A DNA stretch of 64,000 bases from Macrostomum hystrix (Eukaryota > Animalia > Platyhelminthes): the NCBI GenBank assembly GCA_950097015.1, contig CATNEN010000031.1, positions 3,410,001-3,474,000 on the forward strand. Reading direction: 5' to 3'. Below the pieces are notes generated by a model. That model worked only from the letters and a program-made list of their open reading frames with translations, had not been told where the DNA came from and searched no databases. A program made the translations under genes and the position numbers. This document shows, piece after piece, positions 1 through 11,400 of this stretch. Numbering within the stretch: the stretch's first letter is position 1; each line of letters opens with the position of its first letter.

Positions 1-681
1 CACAGGAGAGATAAGGCATGGGATAGATGCGACTGAGAAAGAGATGAGATAAGACACGGAAGAGATGAGACACAGGAGAGATAAGACACGGAAGAGATGA
101 GACACGGAAGAGATGAAACACAGGAGAGATAAGACACGGAAGAGATGAGACACAGGCGAGATAAGACACGGTAGAGATGAGACACAGGAGAGATAAGACA
201 CGGATGAGATGAAACACAGGAGAGATGAGACACAGGAGAGATGAGACACGGAAGAGATATGACACGGAAGAGATATGACATGGAAGAAATATGACACGGA
301 AGAGATATGACACGGAAGAGATGAGTCACAGGAAAGATAAGACGCAGGAGAGATGAGGCATGGGATAGATGCGACTGAGACAGAGATGAGATAAGACACG
401 GAAGATATGAGACACAGGAGAGATAAGACACGGAAGAGATGAGGCACGGGGGAGATGAAACACAGGAGAGATAAGACACGGAAGAGATGAGGCACGGGAG
501 AGATGAGACACGGAAGAGATGAAACACAGGAGAGATAAGACACAGAAGAGATGAGGCACGGGAGAGATGAGACACGGAAGAGATGAAACACAGGAGAGAT
601 CAGACACGGGAGAGATGAGACACGGGAGAGATGAGACCGAAGAGAGATGAGACCGAGGAGAGATGAGACAGGGGAAAGATG
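1..681. repeat. Purine-rich ~16-17 bp minisatellite (GAGATGAGACACGG[A/G]A-type), truncated by window edge
   Basis: Units such as gagatgagacacggaa / gagataagacacagga recur continuously to ~681. The reverse complement matches the arrays at 40765-41222 and, less closely, 34515-35105. Lies upstream of the first visible GNL2 exon, probably intronic. Confidence 0.95.
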
Positions 682-735
682 GAACAGGATACTGTAGGGG
701 TCAGAAGGAGCAACGTGTCGGATTTGGGGCTAGGA

Positions 736-776
736 GGGCCGCATCTGGCGCGCGGGCCGGAGTTTGGCGACCGCTG
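736..776 (-). mobile_element. Terminus of a hAT (Charlie/MER58-like) non-autonomous DNA transposon
   Basis: Reverse complement reads CAGCGGTCGCCAAACTCCGGCCCGCGCGCCAGATGCGGCCC, resembling the Charlie-type end CAGGGGTCGGCAAACTACGGCCCGCGGGCC recalled from memory. Followed by ctctaagc, a plausible TA-centred 8-bp target site. The partner end is not in the window. Confidence 0.6.
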
Positions 777-887
777 CTCTAAGCACTGGACAAAATGCTA
801 CTTAGAGACAATTTCTCATTGAATTCCCTGGCCGGGGATCACGTGATAAAAACAAGCTTCACCGCATTCCCCCGCCAATCGCGACAG

Positions 888-3879
888 GCAATACCCGCGT
901 CATCACTCAGTCGAATCTGCAGAGCTTTCAAGACGAGATGGCCAAGGTGGCGCAGGATCCCTACCAGGTGGTGATGCGTCGCACCAAGCTGCCAATCACT
1001 CTGCTAAATAGCAAGGCTAAGAATAGTCGGGTGCACATTCTCGACACCGAGAGCTTCGAGGAGACCTTCAGTCAGAAAAGGCGTCGAAAGCGACCCCGCC
1101 TGCAGTGTGAGGATGTCTCCGCACTGGCGGCGTCTGCTGAGGCGCGCGCCGACGCCTACGAAGTTGAGAAGGATTCCAGCCTGCCTAGGGACGATGAGGG
1201 CGTGCGCAAGCTGGTGTCTGAGCCGGTTGGTCTGCCGCCTGGGCGATGATCTGAGACAGGCTGAAACTACTGCTTAGAATGATTCCTGGTCCTCAAACTG
1301 CCCCACTAGCGATCCCAAATCCTTAAAAAGTACCAAAAACCACCCCAGATTCTTACACTGTCACAAATAATCACAGATCCTTACATTGTCCTACCAAACA
1401 TCCCAGATCCTCACTCTCCCACCAAACATCTCAGAATCTGAAGTTCACGAAACATCCCAAAACCTCACACTGTCCCACCACCACCCCTAATCCTCACACT
1501 GTCCCACCACCCCAGTTTCTCTAAGCGTCATAGCATTTGTTCTAAAAATTTTCCCAAAATCCCACAGATTTTCCGAGCCGGGCAGTCCAGGCGCGTTTGG
1601 AACGAGCTCTACAAGGTTCTGGACTCTTCCGATGTCCTCCTGTACGTACTCGACGCTCGCGACCCCGTAGGCACTCGATCGCCCCACCTGGAGAAGTACT
1701 TGAAATCGCGTAAACCGATGATCTTCATATTGAACAAGGTGGACTTGGTGCCAGTGCCGGTCACCAAGCGCTGGAAGGTGCTGCTGTCTCGCGAGTACCC
1801 CACCCTGGCCTTTCACGCCAGCATGCGCAATCCGTTTGGCAAGGGCGCCCTGATTGGCCTGCTGCGCCAATTCGGCCGGCTGCACTCGGACAAGAAGCAG
1901 ATTGCCGTTGGCGTCATCGGCTATCCTAATGTTGGCAAGAGTTCCATCATCAACACGCTCAGGTCTAAGCTAGTCTGCAAGGTGGCGCCCATTGCTGGCG
2001 AAACCAAGGTAACGGCCTTTGATCGGTATTTGATTCTGTATCTACCAAAATAATCAATCGACATTAAAAATCCAGAAAACGGGCTGAAATTTTCCTCTCT
2101 ATCCGACGATGCTGACGTCGGAGGGCTTTGAAAGTTCAGTCAATCGTAAAGGGCGGACAATTTGGATCCATATGGTGGACTTTTACGAAAATTTGTCATT
2201 CTCTTTGGGAGCTGTCGTGAAGTAGGGAGTGGGTATTTGAAATATCCCCGTGTTCTTTCTGTCCATTTCCCTCTCTAAGGAAAATAGCATGGTCTTTCTA
2301 CTGTTAACAGCCTTGAATCATCTGAGTTTAATAATCTACCAAGTTCTGAAGTCGCTGAAGTACTCGTGGGTAATAATCTCGTTTCTGAAAAGTCTTGTCG
2401 AGCGTCCCATAGTTCAGGTGCAGTTCCTGACGCTCCCTATATTTGTCTTCAGGAAATGTAGCTTTCTCACTTTATACTATTAATTGTCGATGACTTTCAT
2501 CATTAATCTCCCCCTTAAAATTAACGTCGGCCAGGTGTGGCAATACGTGACCCTAATGCGGCGCATTCACCTAATCGACTGTCCCGGCGTCGTCTATCCA
2601 ACTGGCGACAGCGAGGCCGACCTGGTGCTCAAAGGCGTCATCCGGGTTGAATACCTTCGCCAGCCGGAGCTCTACGCCGACGCTGTGCTGGCTCGGGTTC
2701 GACCCGAACACCTGGCCAGGCAGTACGGCGTGTCCGACTGGACCGATTCAGACACCTTCCTGGAGCAGCTGGCTAGACAGGCTGGCAAACTGTTGAAGGG
2801 CGGTGAGCCCGATCTTGCCTGCGTAGCCAAGATGCTGCTGAATGACTTCCAGCGAGGCCGGCTGCCGCACTACGCCCCGCCGCCGGATGTGCCCCTGACC
2901 GACGCTGAACGAGAATCATTGGAGCGCAAGTCCAAGGCTGAGGTGGCGGCCGAGGCTGATGCAGCTGTTGCAGCTGACGACCAAGAAGCTGCTGTTGCTG
3001 ACAAGTATGTATTTTATGTTAGTGTTAGTGCTCTGTATGTTTATTGGTAATCCCTTTTAATCGATGGATGAAAAAAGAAACAGAAATTACAACTAGCTCA
3101 GCATCCAAGGGCTGTGTACACCGGTTCAGTCCATGGACTGAGCTGGAGGGCGCCATACCTACACAAATTTAGACCTACATGGTAAAAATTGAGCGAATTA
3201 GGTGTCTTGCTCGATAGGATTACTTGCTTCCCTTTAACTGCGATTCGAACTCCCGACGTCTTTGTCTGAAGTTCAAAGCTTTAACCACTCGCAAAAATAA
3301 TTATTTCGTCTAGATAGATATTTTATATTTATTTCCAACAGGAGAACGACAGATAAGCTCAAGGACGAAGATGGTCTAGAGGAAGGCGACGATAAAGCGG
3401 ACGATGATGGAATCGAGCTTCAAGAAGATGACGATCAAGTCGAGGAGGAGTCGGTTGAAGCAGAAGACGCAAAACCGGCTGAAGCGGCCTCCGCGGTTAG
3501 CCGAACAAAGCAGCAGCGGCGGTCGGCTCCGGACTTCTTGCCCAGCTTCCTGTCGCTGATAAAATCTGGCGGCGGCGCCAGTGGCAGCGGCGAGAAAGCC
3601 GACGCAGCCCAGGACTCGTCGGACACCCCGGCGGCGTCCCAGTGGGAGCATCGCCGCCTGACTAAGCTGGCCAAGGCGAAGGCTCGCAAAGCCAAGGCCG
3701 GCGCGTCCTCCTCCGTGGGCGCCGCCGTGGGCGCCGCCAAGGGCGCAACCTCCAGGGAGCGTCGGCGGGCCGAGCGAGAGCAGAAGCCGAAGAAGATTGG
3801 CGAGCATTTCTACACCTGGGCTAATGTGAAGAATCGCAACCTAGCCAAACGGCTGGAACGGACTGGCGGGAAGAGTTGA
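888..3879 (+). CDS. GNL2: Nucleolar GTP-binding protein 2 (GNL2/Nog2), 5' partial; exons 888-1225, 1568-2008, 2535-3004, 3342-3879
   Basis: Spliced frame gives [58 protein letters not shown], circularly permuted GTPase motifs [12 protein letters not shown] and [13 protein letters not shown], then an acidic/basic tail. All introns are GT-AG and phase-consistent. Confidence 0.96.
1344..1513. repeat. Degenerate ~30-bp tandem repeat in a GNL2 intron
   Basis: Recurring cccagatcctcacactgtcccaccaaacat-like units. Confidence 0.6.
3090..3292 (-). mobile_element. tRNA-derived SINE-like element (family A) in a GNL2 intron
   Basis: Minus strand begins GCGAGTGGTTAAAGC (A-box-like), has GTTCGAATC (B-box) about 40 nt later, then GAGCAAGACACCTAA resembling a SINE core motif. 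No complete cloverleaf. 3' boundary is approximate. Confidence 0.55.
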
Positions 3880-3954
3880 ATGTTCTTGATTGGATGACCC
3901 TGTTATTGTCTGTTTCTGATCAGTTTGTTCAACCCATGCGCTGCGGAAATATGA

Positions 3955-3960
3955 AATAAA
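3955..3960 (+). terminator. Polyadenylation signal of GNL2
   Basis: AATAAA 75 nt after the GNL2 stop codon. Confidence 0.7.
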
Positions 3961-4160
3961 TAGCTTTTGTGCGTCTCCGTGGTCTTGCAGTGAACATTCT
4001 TCCAGCCTTTTCTGCATACTTTGGTTTCATTCTAATAGCAATTAATCAATTTTAAGAATAGCACTCAAATAGAATCATACGAATGCTCCCGTTTTGTTCT
4101 AACGTTTCATTCTAGATCTACTAGACATTCAGTCTAGACAAACAGTTTCCCGTAATTCCT

Positions 4161-4688
4161 TTCATTCTATTCCACCAAGCCATAGGATAGACTAGCAATC
4201 CATTCATTCTATTCCATCAAGAGCCAATCCTATGGAATAGAATAACTGAATGGATTGCTAGTCTATCCTATGGAATAGAATAACTGAATGGATTGCTAGT
4301 CTATCCTATGGAATAGAATAACTGAATGGATTGCTAGTCTATCCTATTGAATAGAATAACTGAATGGATTGCTAGTCTATCCTATTGAATAGAATAACTG
4401 AATGGATTGCTAGTCTATCCTATTGAATAGAATAACTGAATGGATTGCTAGTCTATCCTATTGAATAGAATAACTGAATGGATTGCTAGTCTATCCTTTA
4501 GCTTGATGGATTAGAATGAATGGATTGCTAGTCTATCCTATGGCTTGGTGGAATAGAATGAATGGATTGCTCTCCATTCGGTTATTCTATTGCATAGGAT
4601 AGACTAGCAATTCATTCAGTTATTCTATTCCATAGGATAGACTAGCAATCCATTCAGTTATTCTATTCCATAGGATAGACTAGCAATA
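4161..4688. repeat. Nested palindromic (foldback) 38-bp minisatellite
   Basis: 4161-4221 is the reverse complement of 4502-4562 (60/61 identity). Between them are 7 copies of tatggaatagaataactgaatggattgctagtctatcc (4231-4496). About 3 copies of that unit follow in inverted orientation (4574-4688). Confidence 0.95.
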
Positions 4689-4733
4689 GGGGATGAGCAT
4701 CAGGGCGGTTAACGTGTTTGCCTCTGGCACCAA
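4689..4733 (+). mobile_element. 5' head fragment of tRNA-derived SINE family B
   Basis: cagggcggttaacgtgtttgcctctggcaccaa matches the family B head cagagcggataacgcgtttgcctctcgcaccaa (copy at 49071) at 29/33 positions. Confidence 0.55.
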
Positions 4734-4869
4734 TTGAAAAAGGCTTATGAGCTTGCGGTTTAATTTGCGCCCATGAGGGCCAAATGGTCAATTGTTCTTT
4801 ACATTGCCTAGTATTAAATTATTATCAATGAGTTTGAAGGACTACAAGTTCCTCCATTCCTTTGCAGCG

Positions 4870-7452
4870 ATGACTCAAACCCTGGATGAACTGCTCGAGC
4901 AGGCCGAAGGCCTGGCCTCCCAGCTGCACGGAGACGCTGACCTGCCCCAGCTTAGCCGCTCCCTGCCTCAGCTGCGCTCCCTTGGCAACCGGCTAGCCGC
5001 GGCCCGGCCGCCGCCAACTCAAGACAATGAGCTGGCTGCTGCCCAGTTCCTGGCCAGTCACGGTGTCGCGGCGCCTCAGCTGCCCAAGCAACTTGACGCC
5101 CTGTCTGCCCTGTCCGGCTACGATAGTCTGGAGACAGCGGCGCCAACTGATGTGCCGGCTTTTCTGCGTAACGAGCGTCAAAATGCCCTGCTCACCGCTG
5201 TTGAGCACAGCAGGGCCAGGACTGCCCGCGATTGGGACGCTAGGTGAGGCTAATTTGTTTGATGATTTGTGTACCTGGCCGTACATGGGCATAGATTCAC
5301 TAGTGAACGCCTAGACCCAACCATTTCATTCTTATGCAGATCTCGTCGGCTTCAACGCGCTGACTGGGAGGCCGAGAAGGCCGCTCTGCTGGCCTGCCTG
5401 GCCGGCGCCAGCGCATTCGACCTGCCGGACAGTCTGGCGCCGACTCGCGATCGCCTGAATGCATTGGCAGGCGGCGGCAGTGGGCCCGGCGCCCTGTCGG
5501 ATTCCATTATGGCATCGGCGCCCGGCTCGTCTCTTGCCGGTGGAAGCGGCGTCCTGCTGACCGCAGTGGAGCAGACCTACGCCGGCGCGCTTGAGGCGCA
5601 CACTCAGGCTGCTCTGGACAGGGGCTCAGATCCGACTCCGGATTTGTGCACCGCCATGCGTCAGGCCGTGGCCGGCAAGCTGGGCGACCCAGCCCTGGTG
5701 GACTTCTGGGACCTCATCGACCGTGTCGGCTCAGTGCGGCGCGGCGCTCACGGCTCGCTGCGCGAAGCTCGCGCCGCACCGGCCTTCCAGCGCGTCGCGG
5801 CGCGCCTAGCCTTGGAACACCTGGAGGCCAGCTATGCGACCTTTGTGCGCCAAGCTGTTGCTAAGGAACCGGCCAGGGCTAGGCTGGGCGGCGTCCCTGG
5901 CAACCGGGCCCTGATACGTGCGTTCGCCGGATTGCCGCGGCCACCAGCCCGGCTGATGGAAGATTGCCAGGTGGACGGGCGCCCAGTCTGGGCGGTGCTC
6001 TATTTTCACCTTCGCTGTGGCTTTTTAAACGACGCTCTCGCCGTTGCCAAGGACGCCGCCGGTGTACTAGGCGACTTTCCAGCCGCGCTGGAGGAATTCG
6101 TTGCCAACGATCGGCAACTAGCGGCTGAGACCGAGGCTCGGCTGGCTGCCCAGCTGCGTCGAGCTGTTGATCCCTATCAGCGCCTCCTTATCTGCCTGAT
6201 GGCGCGCTGCGACGTCACCGACTGTCACGCCGAGGTGGCCACCTCCGTTGAAGACTTTCTGTGGCTGCGCCTCGGCCAGCTGGCCTGGGACAGCCGGTCC
6301 GACCGGCTCAGCCTGGCCGCCCTGCAGCGCCAGCTAGCCGAGGAGTATGGCGAGGCCCACTTCAGCGCCTGGCAGCAGCCGCTGCTGTTCTTCAGCGTCC
6401 TGTTTCTCACCCAGCAGTGGGAGCTGGCGCTTGCCTTCCTGTCGCGCTCCGAGCCGCTCCGATGCCACGCTGTGCACGCTGCGCTGGCCATGCACGACCG
6501 GCGCCTTCTGCTGCTGGCGGAGGCTCCGGACGCCCCGCTAACCAGCCGGCTGGATGGCAGCCTCGTGGCGCTGAACCTGTGCCGCCTAGTCCAGCTCTAC
6601 AGCCGACGCCTGGAGACTTCCAGACCGTTGGACGCTTTGAACCTTCTGCACTGTCTAAGGCCGGGCGCGGCGTTCCGCGCAGCAGCCGCCGAACTCGTGT
6701 CCGCCAGTCGGCAATTCGACCTGCTGCTCGGCCGGGTTGACCCAGACACTGGCGTCCGGCGTCGTGGCGCTGTTCAACGCTTCGGTCTGGACGCCAGTGA
6801 GCTGGCAGCCGGCGTTGCCGAGGCCAGCGAATCGGCGGGTCGCCTGGAGGAGGCCGCATGCCTGTTCGAGCTGGCCGGCCGCTGGGACCGCGCCCTGACG
6901 CCGCTCTGCCGCCTCCTCGGCGCCTGCGTCGCCCAACCGCCGGCTTCGCCTGACCGCAGGCGGACCCTGGAATTCGCCGGCGCCGCCGCTACACGACTGC
7001 GACGCGCCGGGCCCAGCGAAGAGGCTCGGGCCCCACTAGCTGGTACCCTCTACCGCCTGCTGGACTTGTCAACCTACTTCACCATGTTCTACGAGGGCCG
7101 GCACTCGGCCGCCCTGCAGCTCCTGGATCATCTGCGCCTGCTGCCCTCCCGCCTAGACGCTGTTGACGCCCGGGTGCGCGCCTTTGAATCGTCTGGTTCC
7201 GACGAGCTGCGCCGCTGCCTTCCAGACCTGCTGCTGACGTGCATGCGCCTGCTGCAGCTGCTCCATCGGGCCGCTGTGGACGCCTCCGCCCGGCCTGCTG
7301 GCGGCGGTGGACTGTCCGACCCGGCGCCGCCGGCGGCCGCTGAGATGCGCGAGCGCGCCCAGGCTCTGGTGGCGTTCGCCGGCAAGCTGCCGTTTCGCCT
7401 GCCATCCAGTGTCTACGCCAGGCTAACCCAGCTCGAAGTGCAGATTGTCTGA
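4870..7452 (+). CDS. NUP93: Nuclear pore complex protein Nup93/Nic96; exons 4870-5243, 5340-7452; ~828 aa
   Basis: N-terminus TLDELLEQAEGLASQL..LPQLSRSL..AFLRNERQNALLTAVEHSR, VWAVLYFHLRCG, VATSVEDFLWLRL, PLLFFSVLFLTQQWELALAFL, and C-terminal RAQALVAFAGKLPFRLP..ARLTQLEV all follow the Nup93 pattern. One 96-nt GT-AG intron in consistent phase. Confidence 0.95.
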
Positions 7453-8395
7453 GGCCTTGGATTTCAAGCCTAGTTTTAATCCTTCGAACCCTCTTCAACC
7501 CTCCCGGTTACAATCTGGGCATTGTGCGACCTTGGTGTGCTTAGTATCTTATAGGCAATGTTATTTTCGAATTTAGCAGTTTGCTGCTATGCATTTTTCT
7601 AGTAATTAGCCATGTTATAATGAACTTTTCCTATTTCATCTGCAACTTATTATTCTGATGTGTTTTCAAGTCAGGTTTGCCAATTGACTATTTGAATTTA
7701 ATTATAGATTTGGGAGCTAATGCTTTGTTAGATCTAAATTTCTTAATTATAATTAATCAATAAATTCAAAATATAGGACGGTGCTGCAAAAATCTTACAA
7801 CAAATACCATCCCTGTGTTTGTTGGCTTCGAACTGGCTGTTTCTAGACACCTTACGCAGAATTTGTTTCTCTTTTGGTTAATTTTTTTAACAGTAATCAA
7901 TAAATTAATCGATGAAGTTGATCAACACAGCTAAACATGTTTTAATCATGGAAAAGTGACCCTAAATATTTCGCGGTCATTTAAAAAAGACGGTCTATAT
8001 TTTCTCTAATACAGTAAATTCAATAAACTTTGGTATTAAAAAGTTACTCTCAGCGGTAGTTAAATCTAAAAAACGGTAAGGCAATCATCGTGTTACGCAT
8101 TCAGCAATAAAAAGCCTACAAAAATAAAGTGCAGTTTCAATCGTACTCCGTGCTTCATGCTTTCAACTATACTGATAGGAAAACTATGGAAAACTTCAAG
8201 GGCATCGTTAAAGTAGTCATTAGGTATCTCGATGTGAAAATGTATTACAATTCTTTCATTTTATTTTTCAATCTATATCAACTAGCTCGTATTTAAATGT
8301 TGAACTGTTTTTCAAGTGACTAAAGTTTTTTTAGCCCTTCGTTCTCCATAATTCCATGTTTTCAATTACAGGTTGTTTAACAACGAACAATTGAG

Positions 8396-8401
8396 TTTAT
8401 T
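8396..8401 (-). terminator. Candidate polyadenylation signal of the dynein gene
   Basis: AATAAA on the minus strand about 30 nt after the stop at 8430. Confidence 0.5.
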
Positions 8402-8429
8402 AGATCAGTGCTTTTGTTCAGAGTCTCGA

Positions 8430-11400
8430 TCACACCTGCAGCAGCAATGCCACACCGCCCAGCACCCACTTGGCCGGCTTCTCCTTGGTCTTGAGGTTGA
8501 ATGTCCAAACGAAGGTCGGGCCGCGCGTCTTCGTCTTGTACACCGGGCAGGGGTACATGCTGCGCAGGTCCTGCCGGTCTACCGGGATGGCCTTGATGAA
8601 GATGACCGGCACCACAGGGGCCAGCTCCTTGAGACGGGCCTCCTGGATCATGCCAGTCTGCGTGTCCCAGCGCGCACCCTCCATGTACAGGCCGTGGATG
8701 TAGGCGCCCTCTCTGGGCGGGCCAGCCATGTCTTCGCGGGTCTTCTTGGTGACGTCGCACTGCAGGCACATGCGGTCCAGCGGCCATTCGTTCTTGCGCG
8801 CCATCTGCTGCATGATGGCTGTGAGGAACGACTGCGGGTTGAACAGGCCGCCCAGCCACACAGCTGCTGGCAGCTGGAAGTCTGATGTCCAGCTCTCAAG
8901 CTCCTTGACACGCTGAAGCAGGTCGGCGTACCAAACTGTCAAGCCGAACAGAGATGGATAGGCGCGGCGTTCCCAGCTCTCCGGCACCTGGTCGAGGAAC
9001 ATCGAGTTGCTGAGGGCTTCCATTGCCGGTGTGATTGTGAGCTCGCCCTTCAGGCCGAGATCCAGCTCCTTGAGAGTTCGCCGGATCTCTGAGAGCAGCA
9101 TGTTCATTCGCTCGCACTCCTGGAAAGCTACGACCACGTAGGGAGTGCGCTCCTCTGGTGGCACCTTGGCCTGAATCTCCACGAGGTTGAACTCGTCCGG
9201 CAGCTTCTCCATGATCTCGTCCAGAATCTGCTTGATCTTCTCCTCCCTGGAGACTCCGCCGCCGCTGCCTGCGCCAGAGTCGCGCGGCTGCATTTCGAAG
9301 ACTGTCTTGAATAGCTTCTCGCTGGTTGTTGTGAGGAACTCGATCTCGGCATTCGAGTGCAGGCCGTACAGATACGGGCTCTCGGGCGGCAGGCACTCAT
9401 CAATGTACGCGTGGTAGCCTTTGAAATCTGAGTTCGGCGGGATTCGGAAACCTGGAGCCAAGTGAAGTTCACCGTCCAGCATTTCCGGTGCCAGGTACTC
9501 CTCCAGGTAGGTCTTGCACAATTTGCGATCCCAGTCATCGGTAATGTGACCGCCATACATAATGTCACCAAACAGGTAGCGCAGGTCCTCCCATGGAACC
9601 TTGGAATTGGCTTCCAGGTAGTTGTAAAGCACGTTGACTGAAATTACGAGATCTCCAGTATTGAATGGGTACACTCGGTTCCAGCCTTGAGGTCCAAACT
9701 TGCGTCGCTCCGACACGACAGCATGGAAATAGCAGAGAGCAAACAGGATTGTCTTGAACTCGTTCTCGCGAGCGCACATCTCCAGTGTGTCTTGGTTGAA
9801 GTTGTTAAGCGCCTTATGAAGATTGGCAAACATGCCAGTCGGTGGTTCGTTTGTTATCTTGATAGCGTTCTCAAGAATGCCCTGCGGAATGATGTGCGAC
9901 TCTGCGCTGGATGGCGGCTCTGCCGACACGTAGATGCGGTAGTTTTCATGCGCCGACTCCGCATACTCCTCCAGCTTCTTCTCCAGAACACCAAGCCACT
10001 TGGCCACCAGATGCACGTTCTGCAGCACAACCCAGTGTCCCTCCTGTGCAGCCAAATCCATTGCTCGCTCTGCGACCACTTCCTGACCTTGGCCCAAGCT
10101 GATGTTGTGGAAATTCTTGTGGTCCGAGTCGAAACCTAGTGTTCGGCCAAGCTTCTCGACATCCTTCAGCGGGTCAACTCCAGGAGACAGAATGAAGAAG
10201 ATTGGTGTTGCAGGACCCGACTCCTCATAGGACTTGGCGAACTCAAGAGTCGTACCCTCGACGTACTTCTGGCCCAGCTTTTCAGCCACAAAGTCTGTTA
10301 CAGCGTAGGTCATGCGGTCAGGACGCAGGGCGCGCATCATGCACAGTCGCTGCAGCGCAGTTTTATTTTTCCACTCCTGTGGGAACTTCTCCTTCTCGGG
10401 GCACTCGCTCTCAACGAACTTCTTCCAGCGCTTTGCAGATCCTTCGATGTCGCGATCTAGGTTTCGGAACTCGTCCATGTTGGAAAGCGCCTTCACGCCT
10501 CCCCAGCCATTGTTGGTCAAGAAGTCGACTGGCGTTGTGAGATTCGGTACGATTGGGAAGCGGAGCAGGAAGTCCAGCTCACTCGGCTTGATCTCCTTGC
10601 TCATGAGGAGGATCTGGAAGGCCATCTGCGCGGTGAAGATGAGCTTGTCCCTTTCGAAGAGACCGCGGGTGGTGTAAACGTAGATTGAGTAAGTGATGGA
10701 GTCAATCAAGTTCTTCACACGCTCCTTCAGGTCCTCATTTGGCTCAGCGCGATCAATGCCCTTGTCGAAGACGACGCGGAACGCCTTCAGAGAGAACTGG
10801 TACATCGGATTGATCTTGTTCAGATCATTGAGGATGAAGTACAGCAGCGATGCCCGTCCTGCAGCAGATCGGTACCACTCGCGAGCCTCGTTGATCTCTA
10901 CTTCTGTCACCTTGGCTTGCGCAACCTTCTCTTCGATTTCGATGGCCGTTCGCTTGTTAGTTTCCAGGTTCTCCACCAGGGCATAGTCGCCCAAGAAGTT
11001 GCCCTCCGCAGCAGAGAGACGCGCCAGTAGGGAGTCTTCGAGGTTCTTCAGTGTGATCTTGAACTCGTTCTGCTGCCTTGTGAGGTCCGATTTAAGCTGC
11101 TCCAGATCTGGACGCTCCTTGCTCACGACAGACGCCAGGAGCTGGTCCTCGAGTCCATCGCGAGTCACAGTGAAGTTGATCAGTGTCGTCTGTGCTTGCA
11201 TCTCCGGTTTGTAATGAGGATTAGCTAGCTTTGTCTGCAGGATCAGCCTAAAGTCCGGGTTGTATTCCACCTCTTTGTCGCCTAGCTTGATTGCACGGCC
11301 CTTCTTAATTGTGTTACGGCCGAGCAGTGGGTCCAGGACCGGGTCCACATTCTCTTCGATCTGCTCCAGCAGGACTGTGTCACCAGCGGAAACAGCGGCC

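Noticed and set aside
5244-5339. C/D snoRNA in the NUP93 intron (TGATGA present)
   Set aside because: No downstream CTGA box D or terminal stem.
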